A stretch of 64,000 bases of DNA from an uncultured delta proteobacterium. GTDB lineage: Bacteria; Desulfobacterota; Binatia; UBA9968. This document shows, piece after piece, positions 46,766 to 57,047 of the stretch (the stretch's first letter is position 1; every line of letters starts with the position of its first letter). The DNA lies in NCBI GenBank assembly GCA_963816145.1, contig CAWFJP010000014.1, forward strand, positions 128,001-192,000, given 5' to 3'. Below the pieces are notes generated by a model. The model made no database searches. It was not told the DNA's origin and saw nothing but the letters and a program-made list of their open reading frames with translations. The translations under genes were made by a program, and so were the position numbers.

Positions 46766-47896
46766 TCAGCGATCGTACTCGAGTATCTCCAGACCATCGA
46801 GCCGGTCGATCAAATAGAGCAAGCCGTTGGCGCCGCGGTAGACGTCGTTGCTCTTCACGGTCTTTTGTCCGCGCCCTGGATTGGGCACGTAGTAGCCGAT
46901 CTCCTGCAGGCTGTAGGGATTGCTAATATCGACGACGCGCAGACCGCCGCTGAACCAGGTGACGAACATCTTGTTGTCGTAAACTTGTTCGGCCGGTTGA
47001 TGCGCGCCATATTGATTGCCCGGCGCGACGCTGAAGGCGCCGTCCGGATTGAACGTCGAAACCGACACCGGGTGTTTTTCGTCGGTGATGTCGACCATCC
47101 ACATGAACGCCGGCGGCGCCGGCGCGCGTTTGCCGGCTTCCTCATCGACCACCACCATCATATCGCGGCCCATGAGCTTCCAGGGAATCGGCAGCGTCGT
47201 GTGAATTGGCGAAGGGTAGGGCGGTGACCAGTTGAGGCCGCTGATAAATTGCGGCTTGCTCATGTCCGAAATATCGAGGATGACGAAACCGCCGTGCCAA
47301 TAACTCACGTAGAGCCGGTCGCCGTAACGGATCGGATGATGGCATTGATGCGCCGTGCCATCCCAGTTGGGCTTCTCGCCGCCGCCGGTCCATTGACCCG
47401 GCATCCACCAGCGGCCGACTTCCTGCGGCTGCACCGGATCTTTCAGATCCAAAATGATCGGGATGCGTCCGATATACCCTTCGACATGCACCGACAGGTA
47501 GGCGTAGCGGCCATCGAAGGTGAAGCGATGCACGCCGCCGTTGGTTTCGTAAAAGGCGATCTCTCGCGGTTTCTCGCGATTGGCAATGTCGTAGATTTTT
47601 AGTCCCGTCGGTAGTCTTTCCTTTGGCCGGTATCTTTCCAGGTTGACTAACATGATGTCACCGCTGACCCGGACTTTATGCGAATGCACGCCTTGGGGAA
47701 TCTCGATCTGCGCGATGACCTTCGGATGTTTGGGATCTTTGACATCGAGGATGGTCGTGCCGTGGGGCGGGTCCATATGGCCGACATAGGCGTAACCATT
47801 CTCGACCACAACCTGCCCGCCGCCGGCCAGGTCGGTACGGCCGACGAGTTTTACATTCTTGCTGACGCCGAATTGGGGAAGATTGCCTTCGCTCAT
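46766..47896 (-). CDS. LVIVD-repeat beta-propeller protein
   Basis: 'TILDVKDP.HP', 'VILDISD.SKP', 'GLRVVDISNP'; His-rich; AAGGAG RBS. Confidence 0.8.
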   Translation of the reverse strand: MSEGNLPQFGVSKNVKLVGRTDLAGGGQVVVENGYAYVGHMDPPHGTTILDVKDPKHPKVIAQIEIPQGVHSHKVRVSGDIMLVNLERYRPKERLPTGLKIYDIANREKPREIAFYETNGGVHRFTFDGRYAYLSVHVEGYIGRIPIILDLKDPVQPQEVGRWWMPGQWTGGGEKPNWDGTAHQCHHPIRYGDRLYVSYWHGGFVILDISDMSKPQFISGLNWSPPYPSPIHTTLPIPWKLMGRDMMVVVDEEAGKRAPAPPAFMWMVDITDEKHPVSVSTFNPDGAFSVAPGNQYGAHQPAEQVYDNKMFVTWFSGGLRVVDISNPYSLQEIGYYVPNPGRGQKTVKSNDVYRGANGLLYLIDRLDGLEILEYDR

Positions 47897-48206
47897 AGTT
47901 ATACTCCTTGGGTGAGAATAGAGATCTTCTACCAATCTCAACCTGAAGCGGTCAAATGAAAGTTTTCTCTCAAATCAAGCGTAAATTCTCTTAACAGTTT
48001 TTACCGTCCAACATTTTAATCGAGACGATCCGAGGATGGACGGCAATGCCCGGTTCGAAACGTGCTTTTCCTGTGCAGGCAAGTCTGATCGCTTCCTTTG
48101 GGAGCTTTAAAGCAGCTGAATCCCGATCTGAGCCAGAACGACGCGGCATGGCTCTGGCAAATGGTCGCGGTGGAAAACCCATTAATTCAGATGGCCTGGT
48201 GAAGTT

Positions 48207-48518
48207 GTGCAGACTCCCATCGTCAAATTGCTCTTGGCAAACTTATTATTGCAGATCCTGGACGGGGTGGCCTCATACCATATTCTTTCTGCCGGCGTGC
48301 CCGAAGTAAATCCGCTGATGTCTGATTACATAGAGAACTGGGGACTGATGGGCGGCTTGCTGTATGGCAAACTCGTCGGTTGTGCTCTCGTCTGGTTCAT
48401 ATTCTTGCTGCGAAAACGCGTCGGGCCGGTCGTCGTCAAAGGATTGATGCTTGTCGCCTGTTTGTACTCAATTCTCGGTATCTTGTTGATGGCCAAAATA
48501 GTGTCGCTCTACGTTTGA
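48207..48518 (+). CDS. Small membrane protein, DUF5658-like
   Basis: 'LQILDG..SY......E.NPLM'. Confidence 0.65.
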   Translation: MQTPIVKLLLANLLLQILDGVASYHILSAGVPEVNPLMSDYIENWGLMGGLLYGKLVGCALVWFIFLLRKRVGPVVVKGLMLVACLYSILGILLMAKIVSLYV

Positions 48519-48578
48519 GCCGCAGGATCAGCAGGCAGTATCGTGCCGACGGTAATCGCTGTCAGCTTGGCATCTCCT

Positions 48579-50084
48579 CTACAACTCCGCCAGCTTGGTG
48601 CGGTCGATCTTGCCGAGCCCCGTGCGCGGTAAACTCGTGCAGAACTCCACGACTTTGGGCGCTTTGTAGGGCGCCAGGTTGTTTTTGCAGTATTCAATCA
48701 ATGCTTCGCCGCTGGTGCTGGCGCCGCCGCTCAACACCACGAAGGCTTTCACCGCTTCGCCCCATTCTTGGCTCTTGAATCCAACCACGGCAGCATCGGC
48801 GACGTCCGGATGTTTGCGTAGCGATTCCTCGATCTCTTCGGGAAATACGCTGATGCCGCCGCTCTTCACCATGTTTTTCTTGCGCCCGGAGATGTGCAGG
48901 TAGCCTTCTTGGTCGAGAAATCCAATGTCGCCGGTGTGACACCAGCCGTCGGCAAGAAACTCTTCGGTCACGTTTGGATTGCGATAGTAGCCTTGAATGG
49001 CCAGGGGCGTGCGCACGCAAATTTCTCCAGGCACGCCGCGCGGCATTTCAAGGCCGTCATCATCGGCGATGGCCACGAGCACGCACCAGATCGGTTTGCC
49101 GACGGTGTCACCGTGCGTCTCCCAGTCGTCGGCGTCGATGGTGGTGATCTGGCCGCAGTCGGTGGAGGCGTAGGCTTCGAAGATGCCCGGGCTCAAGCGG
49201 CGCCGCGCTTCGCGCGCGAGTTCGCGGGGGAGGTGGCCGCCGGTGATGCCGAGGAAGCGCAGTGAAGTTATTCGATAGTTGTTCATGTGCTCTGAGCGCA
49301 ACAATCGCTCGCACAAGGTCGGCACCAGCATGGTGTAGGTGATCCGCTCACGCTCGATGGTTTGCAGGAAGCGCTCGGCGTCGAACTTTTCCTGAATGAT
49401 GATCGTGCCCCCAAGATACAGGATCGCCAGCACAGAGCCGCGGCCGGCGTTGAAGTGCACCGGCAGCACCATCAAAGCTCGTTCGTTGTGGTTCATGCCT
49501 TTGCTGATGCTGTAGTTCATGCAGCGCAGCGCATAGGTCTGGTGATCGATGCTGCACGCTTTGGGAAATCCCGTAGTGCCGGAGGTGATCATGAGTAGGA
49601 ACGGATCATCGCTTACTACGGTCGCTTCCGGTTCATCGGGCTCGCTTCGCTCGATCGCGCTTTCGATGCCACTGCCGTTTGCGCAAATGGGGTTGCCAAC
49701 GACGACCAATTTCCCAGGGTCCATGCGCTTGTCGGCTAGCGCGTGCAAGGCAGCGGTCTCTTTGCGTGCTTCGACAAAAAACGCTTTGGGTGCAAAGAAG
49801 CTGAGCATAGCCTCGCATTCCTGGGCGCTCCAATTGAAGTCGAAGGGAACGGCGATGGCGCCGATCTTGGCGATGGCGAAGAGCGCTTCGAAGTGCTCGG
49901 CCCGGCTGCCGATCGAAAGGGCGATCAAATCGCCTTGGGCGAGACCTTGTTTGAGCAGATAATTAGCCAGGCGATTAGTCCGCTCGTGCAATTCGGCATA
50001 GGTAACCGATCGGCTGGCGTCGACTATGGCGCGCTTGTCGGGAAAGTGTTGCGCGTTGCGGATTAGGGATTCGCCGATGTTCAT
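48579..50084 (-). CDS. AMP-forming acyl-CoA synthetase
   Basis: TSGTTGFPK, TGDIG, GRKKNM, GKI. Confidence 0.92.
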   Translation of the reverse strand: MNIGESLIRNAQHFPDKRAIVDASRSVTYAELHERTNRLANYLLKQGLAQGDLIALSIGSRAEHFEALFAIAKIGAIAVPFDFNWSAQECEAMLSFFAPKAFFVEARKETAALHALADKRMDPGKLVVVGNPICANGSGIESAIERSEPDEPEATVVSDDPFLLMITSGTTGFPKACSIDHQTYALRCMNYSISKGMNHNERALMVLPVHFNAGRGSVLAILYLGGTIIIQEKFDAERFLQTIERERITYTMLVPTLCERLLRSEHMNNYRITSLRFLGITGGHLPRELAREARRRLSPGIFEAYASTDCGQITTIDADDWETHGDTVGKPIWCVLVAIADDDGLEMPRGVPGEICVRTPLAIQGYYRNPNVTEEFLADGWCHTGDIGFLDQEGYLHISGRKKNMVKSGGISVFPEEIEESLRKHPDVADAAVVGFKSQEWGEAVKAFVVLSGGASTSGEALIEYCKNNLAPYKAPKVVEFCTSLPRTGLGKIDRTKLAEL

Positions 50085-50093
50085 AATTTGACC

Positions 50094-50158
50094 GTAAGGG
50101 GTGAAGGGTTAGGGGTTAGGGGTGGGGACGCCTTTCGCCTCACCCTTTACGCTTTACG
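50094..50158. repeat. 7-bp-period inverted array (GTTAGGG/CTTTACG; family D)
   Basis: Left units 50094, 50101, 50108, 50115, 50122; right units 50131, 50138, 50145, 50152. Confidence 0.8.
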
Positions 50159-50163
50159 TCGTG

Positions 50164-51159
50164 TCACTTCTTCCAGACCGCGTCGATGAAACCGCTCTTG
50201 TCGAGCTCTTGAATGAAACTGGAGTCGACCACGGCGTTGGGGTCGAAGGTTTTGGCGCGCGGGTCGCGCAGTTCTAAAGTCTTAAGCATGAACTCGATGC
50301 CTTTCATGTTGACGTAGGGGACGCGGTCTTGGAATTTGGTGACGATCTCGTAGGTCGGCCGGAGCACTTCGGGGTCGCGGTTCTGGGCGAAGTCGGCGGT
50401 GACTTTCAAGACGAAGTCGCGGTTGTCTTTGTAGTAGCGGAGTCCTTCGACGAATGTTTTCATGACCCGCATGACGGTGTCGCGATGGGTTTTAATGTAG
50501 CTCTTGGTGCTGGCGAAACAGCTGCCGGGATTGTAGAGACCGAGGGTGCTCATATCGATGAGCTCGTGCAGACCGAGTCTTTCGGCCGCAATGTCCTGTG
50601 GTGGAATGAATGTCGATGCGTGGATAACGCCTTTGCTCAAGGCGGCCAGGCGCGTCGGCGCGCCGCCGACGGCAACCATGGCGAAGTCGCGGTCAGGATT
50701 GAGGCCACGTTCCTTCAAGATGTACCGGATGACGCTGTCTTCCTGTGAGCCGATGGTGGTGACGCCGATCTTTTTGCCCTTAAGATCACCAATGGTTTTG
50801 ACATCCGGTGTCGAGAAGACGCGCCAGTAGAGCGTATTGATGCCGCAAGCGAGATAGACCGTATCGGCCCCGCCGACAGCAGAGGCGACGATGGCCGCGC
50901 CGCCGATGAAGCTCAGCGGCACCTGGCCGGAGACCATGGCCGTGGTGAGTATCGGGCTGCCTTGGATGTAGACCAGGTCGACGTCGAGACCGTTCTTTCT
51001 GAATAGCCCGGACTTGCGCATAACCTCGATGATGCCCAAGGAGGCTACCGGCGCGGGATAGCCGATGACGAGCTTTTCCAGTTTTGGCGCGTCGGCTGGC
51101 CATCCGATCCTTGGAAAAATAACTGCAAGTATCAGCGCAACCCTAGCAACGACTCTCAA
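50164..51159 (-). CDS. ABC substrate-binding protein, NMT1/SsuA family
   Basis: 'GLFRKNGLDVDLVYI', 'ELDKSGFID'. Confidence 0.85.
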   Translation of the reverse strand: MRVVARVALILAVIFPRIGWPADAPKLEKLVIGYPAPVASLGIIEVMRKSGLFRKNGLDVDLVYIQGSPILTTAMVSGQVPLSFIGGAAIVASAVGGADTVYLACGINTLYWRVFSTPDVKTIGDLKGKKIGVTTIGSQEDSVIRYILKERGLNPDRDFAMVAVGGAPTRLAALSKGVIHASTFIPPQDIAAERLGLHELIDMSTLGLYNPGSCFASTKSYIKTHRDTVMRVMKTFVEGLRYYKDNRDFVLKVTADFAQNRDPEVLRPTYEIVTKFQDRVPYVNMKGIEFMLKTLELRDPRAKTFDPNAVVDSSFIQELDKSGFIDAVWKK

Positions 51160-51297
51160 ATCATACCTCCGTCGCGCAATTGTTTCGTTTGACGAAATTA
51201 CCCATTGTCGGATGCCGATGTCAAATCATGCGCTGGTTTTTCAAATTGACAGGTTCCAGCTCGGATGTTAGCTAGGGCTAAGCGCGGGAGCCGCGGC

Positions 51298-51339
51298 GTT
51301 TAAAACATTCAAGCCGTTCAAAATGTTCATATCGTTTCG
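51298..51339. repeat. 9-bp-period GTTCAA array (family C)
   Basis: Units at 51298, 51307, 51316, 51325, 51334. Confidence 0.7.
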
Positions 51340-51396
51340 AACCTCGGATGTTCGGCAAGTCGGCGGCAATCGCATATCTCAGTGGATGGAGCTTAA

Positions 51397-52380
51397 ATGA
51401 AATTACTTCGAATCGCTTCTGCTGTGCTCGCATGGTTCCTCATTGCGAAATCAACGCTTTGGAGCGCAGATGTCGTGCGCGTTGGTTATCCTTCGCTCGC
51501 CACCGGGTTTGCCGCCTCATGGGTGACGGCGGACAAGGGCATCTGGAAAAATCACGGGCTCGACGTCGAGTTGATTTTCCTGCGCGGTGGTTCGCGCACG
51601 GTTTCCGCTCTGATCGGTGGCAGCGTTGATTTCATTCTCGGCTCGGACCTGGGAATCACGACGGCGATTATCCAGGGGGCGAGTTTGACGCGGGTCGGCG
51701 TGACCACCAATACCTTGGGTTATTCCATGGTCGTTCAACCCGGCATCAAAACCGTTCGCGATCTCAAGGGTAAGATCATCGGTATCACCCCTGGTCGCGA
51801 CGCCGCATATGCGCGAGTGGTCAAACTGCTGCGCGACAACGGCATGGACGCGGCCAAAGACGTGACGTTTCTTTCGGTGGGCGATGGCGGCCCGGCGGCG
51901 CGAGTGGCGGCGCTGTCGAGCGGCGTGATTCACGCGACCATGTTTACGCCGCCGTCGGATAAGATCTCCGAAAAGTCGGGCATGAGCATTCTCTCGCGGC
52001 TCGATGTCGCCAACGTTGGCGGCGGTATCAACACGACGCCTGGATTTATCCAGAAGAACCGGCCCCAGGCGCTGCGCTTTCTGCGCGGTTACATGGAAGG
52101 CATTCACTATTTGAAGGCGAACAAGGACGAAAGTCTGAAAATCTTTTCCAAGTACGTGCGCAACCCCGACCTCGGCATCATGGCCTATCTCTACGAAGAA
52201 ATTTCCACCCGCGCGGAAAAAGATTTGCGGCCGCAGTCGGACGCCATGCGCGCCATGCTCGATCTCGCCGCCCTGGACTTTCCGCAGGTGAAAAAATTGA
52301 GCGAGAAAGACAACTGGGATCTGAGCTTGATCGACGAGATTCAACGCTCGGGGTTCTTGGAGCAACTGTATCGGAAGTAG
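51397..52380 (+). CDS. ABC substrate-binding protein, NMT1/SsuA family
   Basis: Family motifs; close paralog of 52463..53440. Confidence 0.85.
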   Translation: MKLLRIASAVLAWFLIAKSTLWSADVVRVGYPSLATGFAASWVTADKGIWKNHGLDVELIFLRGGSRTVSALIGGSVDFILGSDLGITTAIIQGASLTRVGVTTNTLGYSMVVQPGIKTVRDLKGKIIGITPGRDAAYARVVKLLRDNGMDAAKDVTFLSVGDGGPAARVAALSSGVIHATMFTPPSDKISEKSGMSILSRLDVANVGGGINTTPGFIQKNRPQALRFLRGYMEGIHYLKANKDESLKIFSKYVRNPDLGIMAYLYEEISTRAEKDLRPQSDAMRAMLDLAALDFPQVKKLSEKDNWDLSLIDEIQRSGFLEQLYRK

Positions 52381-52384
52381 AGCC

Positions 52385-52458
52385 GTTGGGTATGAGGAGT
52401 AAGGGGTTAGGCGTTTCGGATGAGTGGGCGCCTTACGCCTCACCTTTTACCCCTGACT
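52385..52458. repeat. 7-bp-period inverted array (family D) between convergent genes
   Basis: ATGAGGA GTAAGGG GTTAGGC ... CCTTACG CCTCACC TTTTACC CCTGACT. Confidence 0.8.
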
Positions 52459-52462
52459 ATGA

Positions 52463-53440
52463 TTAATTCTTGTACAGCTGTTCGATAAAACCGGAGCGGC
52501 GGATTTCCTCGACTAAGCTGGCATCCCAAAAGGTTTTCTCATTCGCCTGTTTGGCGCGTGGGTCGTCGAGGGCGGCCATGTCGTAATGGAAGGCGATGGA
52601 TTCCGGGCTGGCGCGCAGTTCTTTTTCCAGCCGGCGCGTGGTTTCGTCGTAAAGATAGCCCATCGCCGTCATGTCGGAATTTTGAAAATAGCGTTGGAGA
52701 ATTTTTAAACTCTCGGGCTTGTGGCCGATCATGTAGTGAATGCCTTCGATGTAGCCCTTGAGGAAGTTCAGCACCAGCGGGCGGTTTTGCTTGAGCAGCA
52801 CCGCGGTGGTGTTGATGCCGCCGCCCGGCGTCGGCACGTCGAATTTGCTCAGGACTTTCAAGCCTTCGTTCCTGGCGATCAAATCCAGCGGCGGGAAAAG
52901 CATGGTGCCGTGAATAATCCCGGCTTTCAGTGCGGAAAGCCGGCCGCCTTCACCGCCGCCGATGGAGAGAAATTTCACATCTTCGTTGGGATTGAGACCG
53001 TTATCGCGCAGCAATTTGGCCAGCCGGATATAGCTGGCGTCGCGCCCGCGCGAGATGCCGAGAGTTTTTCCCTTCAAGTCTTGGACGGATTGGACACTTG
53101 CTTGGGTCAGCAGAGAAGATCCCAGAGTGTTCATCGTCACGCCGAGCCGCACGATCGGGATGCCCTGCAACTGCGCCGTGGTCACGCCGGTGTCCGAGCC
53201 GATGAGAAATTGCACGCTGTTACCGATCAAGGCCGGCACGGCGCGCGCGCCGCCGCTGACGAGAATCGGTTCGACATCGAAGCCGTACTTGCGCCAGATA
53301 CCTTTCTCGGCCGTGACCCAGGATGGTGTCGAACCCGGTGCGATGGCCGGGTAGGCGGCGCGAAGTTTTTCGGCGGCTTGAAGTCTGCCCCCCACAGATA
53401 CCAGCCCAAGGGTAATGAAGAGGACGGCCGTCAGCTTCAT
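52463..53440 (-). CDS. ABC substrate-binding protein, NMT1/SsuA family
   Basis: 'SWVTAEKGIW', 'GRDASY', 'GGGINTT' shared with 51397..52380. Confidence 0.85.
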   Translation of the reverse strand: MKLTAVLFITLGLVSVGGRLQAAEKLRAAYPAIAPGSTPSWVTAEKGIWRKYGFDVEPILVSGGARAVPALIGNSVQFLIGSDTGVTTAQLQGIPIVRLGVTMNTLGSSLLTQASVQSVQDLKGKTLGISRGRDASYIRLAKLLRDNGLNPNEDVKFLSIGGGEGGRLSALKAGIIHGTMLFPPLDLIARNEGLKVLSKFDVPTPGGGINTTAVLLKQNRPLVLNFLKGYIEGIHYMIGHKPESLKILQRYFQNSDMTAMGYLYDETTRRLEKELRASPESIAFHYDMAALDDPRAKQANEKTFWDASLVEEIRRSGFIEQLYKN

Positions 53441-54289
53441 CTAAAACCACCTTCCAGTAAGAAACTGATTGATATTTCTTTCCACCATGCGGGTTTTGCC
53501 GAGTGCTGCATAAACGCCGCTTTGCATATGACGCGCGACATCTTCGCGGCTTGCGCGCCCGGAATCGATATCCACGAGATGACCATAAAAGTCTTCAAGG
53601 TAATCGTGCATGCGCTTGAAGTAAGCTCTGCCGGACTGCTCGCCGTCGACGGCAGGTCCGTGTCCGGGAATCAGTTGTTTGTAGTGGCATTTGAACAGCG
53701 GCTTCAACGCCGTCAGCCAGTTGGGAATATTGCCGAAGAAAGTCACCGGGTGAACTTCGGTATAGAGCAGATCGCCGGCAATGAATACTTCTTCTTCATG
53801 AAAATAGATGGTCGTGTCGCCCTTGCTATGGCTGTGGCCGTTCTCGGCCCGGTATTCCAGAGACAGCGTTACGCCCGGCAGTCTAATTTCAGTTGCCTTG
53901 TCGAAGACGACATCGGGCAAGGTCAGACAGAGTCCGGGAAAACGCTCGTAAAACTCCGGCACGGGTTTGAGCATGCGCGCGAAGTCGGCGGGACCGTCGT
54001 CCTGCATTGCTTGCAAGCAACCCGCGCTGGCGACGATGGGGATCTGTTTTTGCGCGAAGTAGAAATTTGCCGAGGTGTGGTCGAAGTGCTCATGGGTGTC
54101 GATCAGGTACCCGACGCGGGCACAACCCGTTTGCCGCAGCGCTTCTTTCACTTCATCGATGCGGCGAATGTCGGCGTCGATCAGCGCGGCGGCGCCGTCG
54201 CCGGCTTTTATGATCGTGAAGTTAGTCGCCCCTTCGGGACCGATGACGGCGAATACGGATTTGCTGACCTGGCGGATAGTGGATTCCAT
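53441..54289 (-). CDS. Metallo-beta-lactamase-fold hydrolase
   Basis: THEHFDH, GHSH, AGDL, IPGHG. Confidence 0.88.
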   Translation of the reverse strand: MESTIRQVSKSVFAVIGPEGATNFTIIKAGDGAAALIDADIRRIDEVKEALRQTGCARVGYLIDTHEHFDHTSANFYFAQKQIPIVASAGCLQAMQDDGPADFARMLKPVPEFYERFPGLCLTLPDVVFDKATEIRLPGVTLSLEYRAENGHSHSKGDTTIYFHEEEVFIAGDLLYTEVHPVTFFGNIPNWLTALKPLFKCHYKQLIPGHGPAVDGEQSGRAYFKRMHDYLEDFYGHLVDIDSGRASREDVARHMQSGVYAALGKTRMVERNINQFLTGRWF

Positions 54290-54367
54290 TGGTTACGGGG
54301 ATAGCGGATTGACTTGTAGCTTTCAAGGCAAAAGTAGGTCGCTACGCTTAAGGAGAAGAGTTGGTCT

Positions 54368-54448
54368 TACCACGAAGGGCACGAAGAGCACGAAGTTCGG
54401 AATTCTATTTATCCGAACCCTTCGTGTCCTTCGTGATCTTCGTGGTGA
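54368..54448. repeat. Periodic palindrome family A
   Basis: 3+3 CACGAAG/CTTCGTG units. Confidence 0.95.
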
Positions 54449-54531
54449 AGGCCTCCTTTCTCACTGGTTGACCGAAACGGATGGCAAGTGTTATTCGCCT
54501 ATGGTACGAGGAATTCAGAAAGGAATTGGCA

Positions 54532-55308
54532 ATGATCAAAGAAGGCAAGTTTACGATATTGGAAAGCCGCGGCGCGGTGGCGAAGTTGACGATCAACCGG
54601 CCGGAGAAGCGCAATGCGTTGAGCCGGGATGCGATTAGAGAGATACTCGCGGTGTTCGAGGAGCTGCGCAACGACGACGAGATCGCCGTGGTGTTGACCA
54701 CCGGCGCGGGCGATGTGGCTTACTGCGCGGGCCGCGATCTGTCCGAATTTCCCACCGAGGGCGGGCAGAATCGCGGCAAAGACCGGCGCAAGGAGCCGCG
54801 CGCTTATCATGTCGCGGAGGTGATTCGGACTTTCCCCAAAGTGACCATTGCAGTAGTAAACGGCTTTTGTCTCGGCGGCGGCATTACGCTGTTGTTGCCC
54901 CACGACCTGGCGATAGCCTCAGACAAGGCGATGTTCGGTTTGCCGGAGATCAAGCGCGGCTTTTTGCCCTATCCGATCATCGCGACCATGTTCAAAACTT
55001 TAATTCCGACCAAGTTGGCTTTCGAACTAATTCTCACTGGGGAAAATTGGGACGCGGTGAAATCGATGAACGCGGGATTGATCAACCGCGTGGTGCCGCA
55101 CGTGCAGTTGCAGGATGAAGCCTGGAAGTGGGGCGAGGAGATCGGCAAGTTCGACAAGACGACGCTCAAATACTGCAAGATGGCGGCGCATTCGTCGATG
55201 GAAGCGGCGAGCGTGCCGATGGCGGCGGAGATCGCCTGGTTGATGCAGGAAGAACATGCTTTGGTCAATCCGCGGGCGTATGCGGGCACTAAGGAGTTTC
55301 ACAAATAG
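54532..55308 (+). CDS. Enoyl-CoA hydratase/isomerase (crotonase) family
   Basis: 'INRPEKRNAL', 'CAGRDL', 'NGFCLGGG', 'FGLPEI'. Confidence 0.9.
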   Translation: MIKEGKFTILESRGAVAKLTINRPEKRNALSRDAIREILAVFEELRNDDEIAVVLTTGAGDVAYCAGRDLSEFPTEGGQNRGKDRRKEPRAYHVAEVIRTFPKVTIAVVNGFCLGGGITLLLPHDLAIASDKAMFGLPEIKRGFLPYPIIATMFKTLIPTKLAFELILTGENWDAVKSMNAGLINRVVPHVQLQDEAWKWGEEIGKFDKTTLKYCKMAAHSSMEAASVPMAAEIAWLMQEEHALVNPRAYAGTKEFHK

Positions 55309-55327
55309 CGCGCGCTGTGTGTGCGCC

Positions 55328-55357
55328 GTTCAAGGTTCAAAGTTCAATGTTTCGGAA
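55328..55357. repeat. GTTCAA array with 7-bp period
   Basis: GTTCAA at 55328, 55335, 55342, then GTTTCGGAA. Confidence 0.7.
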
Positions 55358-55535
55358 TCGGAGGGGGGCCGCACCTTCGACGTCGCCCAAGGCGGTCGGT
55401 GTGCAAGGAGGTGCAATGAAAGACGGTATTTCTTACCCGATCATTAATGATATTTTCCAGCGCAAAGGACGCTGGATTGGCGACTTAGGAAGTTCAAGAA
55501 TTTAGAACCGCCGTATTTACGGAGGAATATAAACG

Positions 55536-56012
55536 ATGGCTCTTCGACTGCGACGGGTAGTCACAGGACATGATGCGAACGGGAAGGCTGTGGTCAAAAT
55601 CGATGAAGTCTCTCAAAATCTCTCTACGGGCCGGCCCGGACGGTCTGCTTGTGTGGTCTGGACCACCGAAACTTTTCCGGTTGATAATACCGGCGATGCT
55701 GACGAGGGGCTGCGGCAAGTCGGTACGACGCTGAAAAACGGCACCGTCTTTCGCGTTATCGAGTTTTCGCCGGGCGTCGCGCCGCGCAACCATCGGACGG
55801 ATTCCATCGACTATGCCGTCGTAATGTCGGGAGAGATCGATATGGAGCTCGATGACACGGTCGTTCACCTGAAAGCCGGGGACGTGCTGGTGCAGCGCGG
55901 CACGATCCACAACTGGGTCAACCGTGGCACCGAACCGTGCGTGATGGCTTTTATCCTGATTGACGCCAAGCCAGTCGAGGTTGGCGGAAAGGTCTTGAGT
56001 GCTGTGGGCTAG
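55536..56012 (+). CDS. Cupin_2 domain protein
   Basis: 'RRVVTGHD..GK', 'HRTDSIDY', 'QRGT.H.W.N'. Confidence 0.88.
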   Translation: MALRLRRVVTGHDANGKAVVKIDEVSQNLSTGRPGRSACVVWTTETFPVDNTGDADEGLRQVGTTLKNGTVFRVIEFSPGVAPRNHRTDSIDYAVVMSGEIDMELDDTVVHLKAGDVLVQRGTIHNWVNRGTEPCVMAFILIDAKPVEVGGKVLSAVG

Positions 56013-56045
56013 ATCGTTAGCGGGAAGAGTTCAACGCGGAACAAA

Positions 56046-57047
56046 ATGATGCGAACTACCTTCATAACAACGCTTCTGATCGCACTCCTGCTCGTTTTTC
56101 CGAGCGCTGAGGGATTTGCGGCCGGTACCAAAACTCAACTCCGCGTCGCCTACAGCTCGATCTCCGGTTCCGCGGTGATTCCGTGGATCGCGGTCGATAA
56201 GGGAATCTTTGCCAAGTACGACCTCGATGTCGAGCTGATCTACGTCGCCGGGTCGCCGGCGATGCAGTCGCTGCTCGGTGGGACGACTCAGGTTAGCATC
56301 CAAGGCATCGAACCGGTGATGCGTGTCAATGCCCAGGGTGGTGATACCGTGATGATCGTCGGGCTGGTGACCAAGCCGCCGTTTTCGATCATCGTGCGGC
56401 CGGAGATTCGCGAGCCCAAGGATCTTAAGGGCAGGGCGATGGGCGTTACCCGGTTCGGTTCGGTCACCGACGCGCTGTTGCGGCTGGCGCTCGACAAGTG
56501 GGGGCTCCGGCCGGAATCCGACGTGCCGATCATTCAGATGGGCGGCGTGCCGCCGATTCTTTCCGGCATGCAGAGCAAGAAGATCTTCGGCGGGCCGATC
56601 TCGCTGCCTACATTGGCCGTCGCCAAGCAGGAAGGCTTTCGCGAGCTGGTGGATCTCGGCGACGTGATTCCCGATTATCAGTCGGCGGGAGTGGTGACGC
56701 GCAAAGCGTTTCTGCGCCAGAATCCGGAGATCGCGCGCAACTTCGTCCGGGCGATGGGCGAAGCGATTGCGGTATTCAAGACTGACGTGTCCTTTTCAAA
56801 GAAGGTCATCAAAGACCGGCTGAAAATCGACGATGCGCTTGTGCAAGAAGAAACCCAGCGAACCTATCTCAACTACGTACCGCGGGTGCCCTATCCGACC
56901 CGCGCCGGCATCGCACTGATCAAAACCTTCCTGGAGAAAAGCGAGCCGCAACTAAAGCCGCTCTCGGTCGACGATCAGATCGATAACTCGTTCGTGCGCG
57001 GACTGGAGCAGAGCGGTTTCTTCAACGCCTTGTATCCCGCGAAGTAA
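56046..57047 (+). CDS. ABC substrate-binding protein, NMT1/SsuA family
   Basis: 'WIAVDKGIFAKYDLDVELIY', 'PYPT..GI', 'LEQSGFF'. Confidence 0.85.
   Translation: MMRTTFITTLLIALLLVFPSAEGFAAGTKTQLRVAYSSISGSAVIPWIAVDKGIFAKYDLDVELIYVAGSPAMQSLLGGTTQVSIQGIEPVMRVNAQGGDTVMIVGLVTKPPFSIIVRPEIREPKDLKGRAMGVTRFGSVTDALLRLALDKWGLRPESDVPIIQMGGVPPILSGMQSKKIFGGPISLPTLAVAKQEGFRELVDLGDVIPDYQSAGVVTRKAFLRQNPEIARNFVRAMGEAIAVFKTDVSFSKKVIKDRLKIDDALVQEETQRTYLNYVPRVPYPTRAGIALIKTFLEKSEPQLKPLSVDDQIDNSFVRGLEQSGFFNALYPAK

Noticed and set aside
50094-50128. Telomere-like TTAGGG / G-quadruplex
   Set aside because: Better explained as one arm of a 7-bp-period inverted array with a complementary partner arm
53441-54289. True metallo-beta-lactamase resistance gene
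   Set aside because: No signal peptide; generic MBL-fold hydrolase in a catabolic context
52721-54304. 527-aa plus-strand ORF
   Set aside because: Antisense shadow spanning two genuine minus-strand genes
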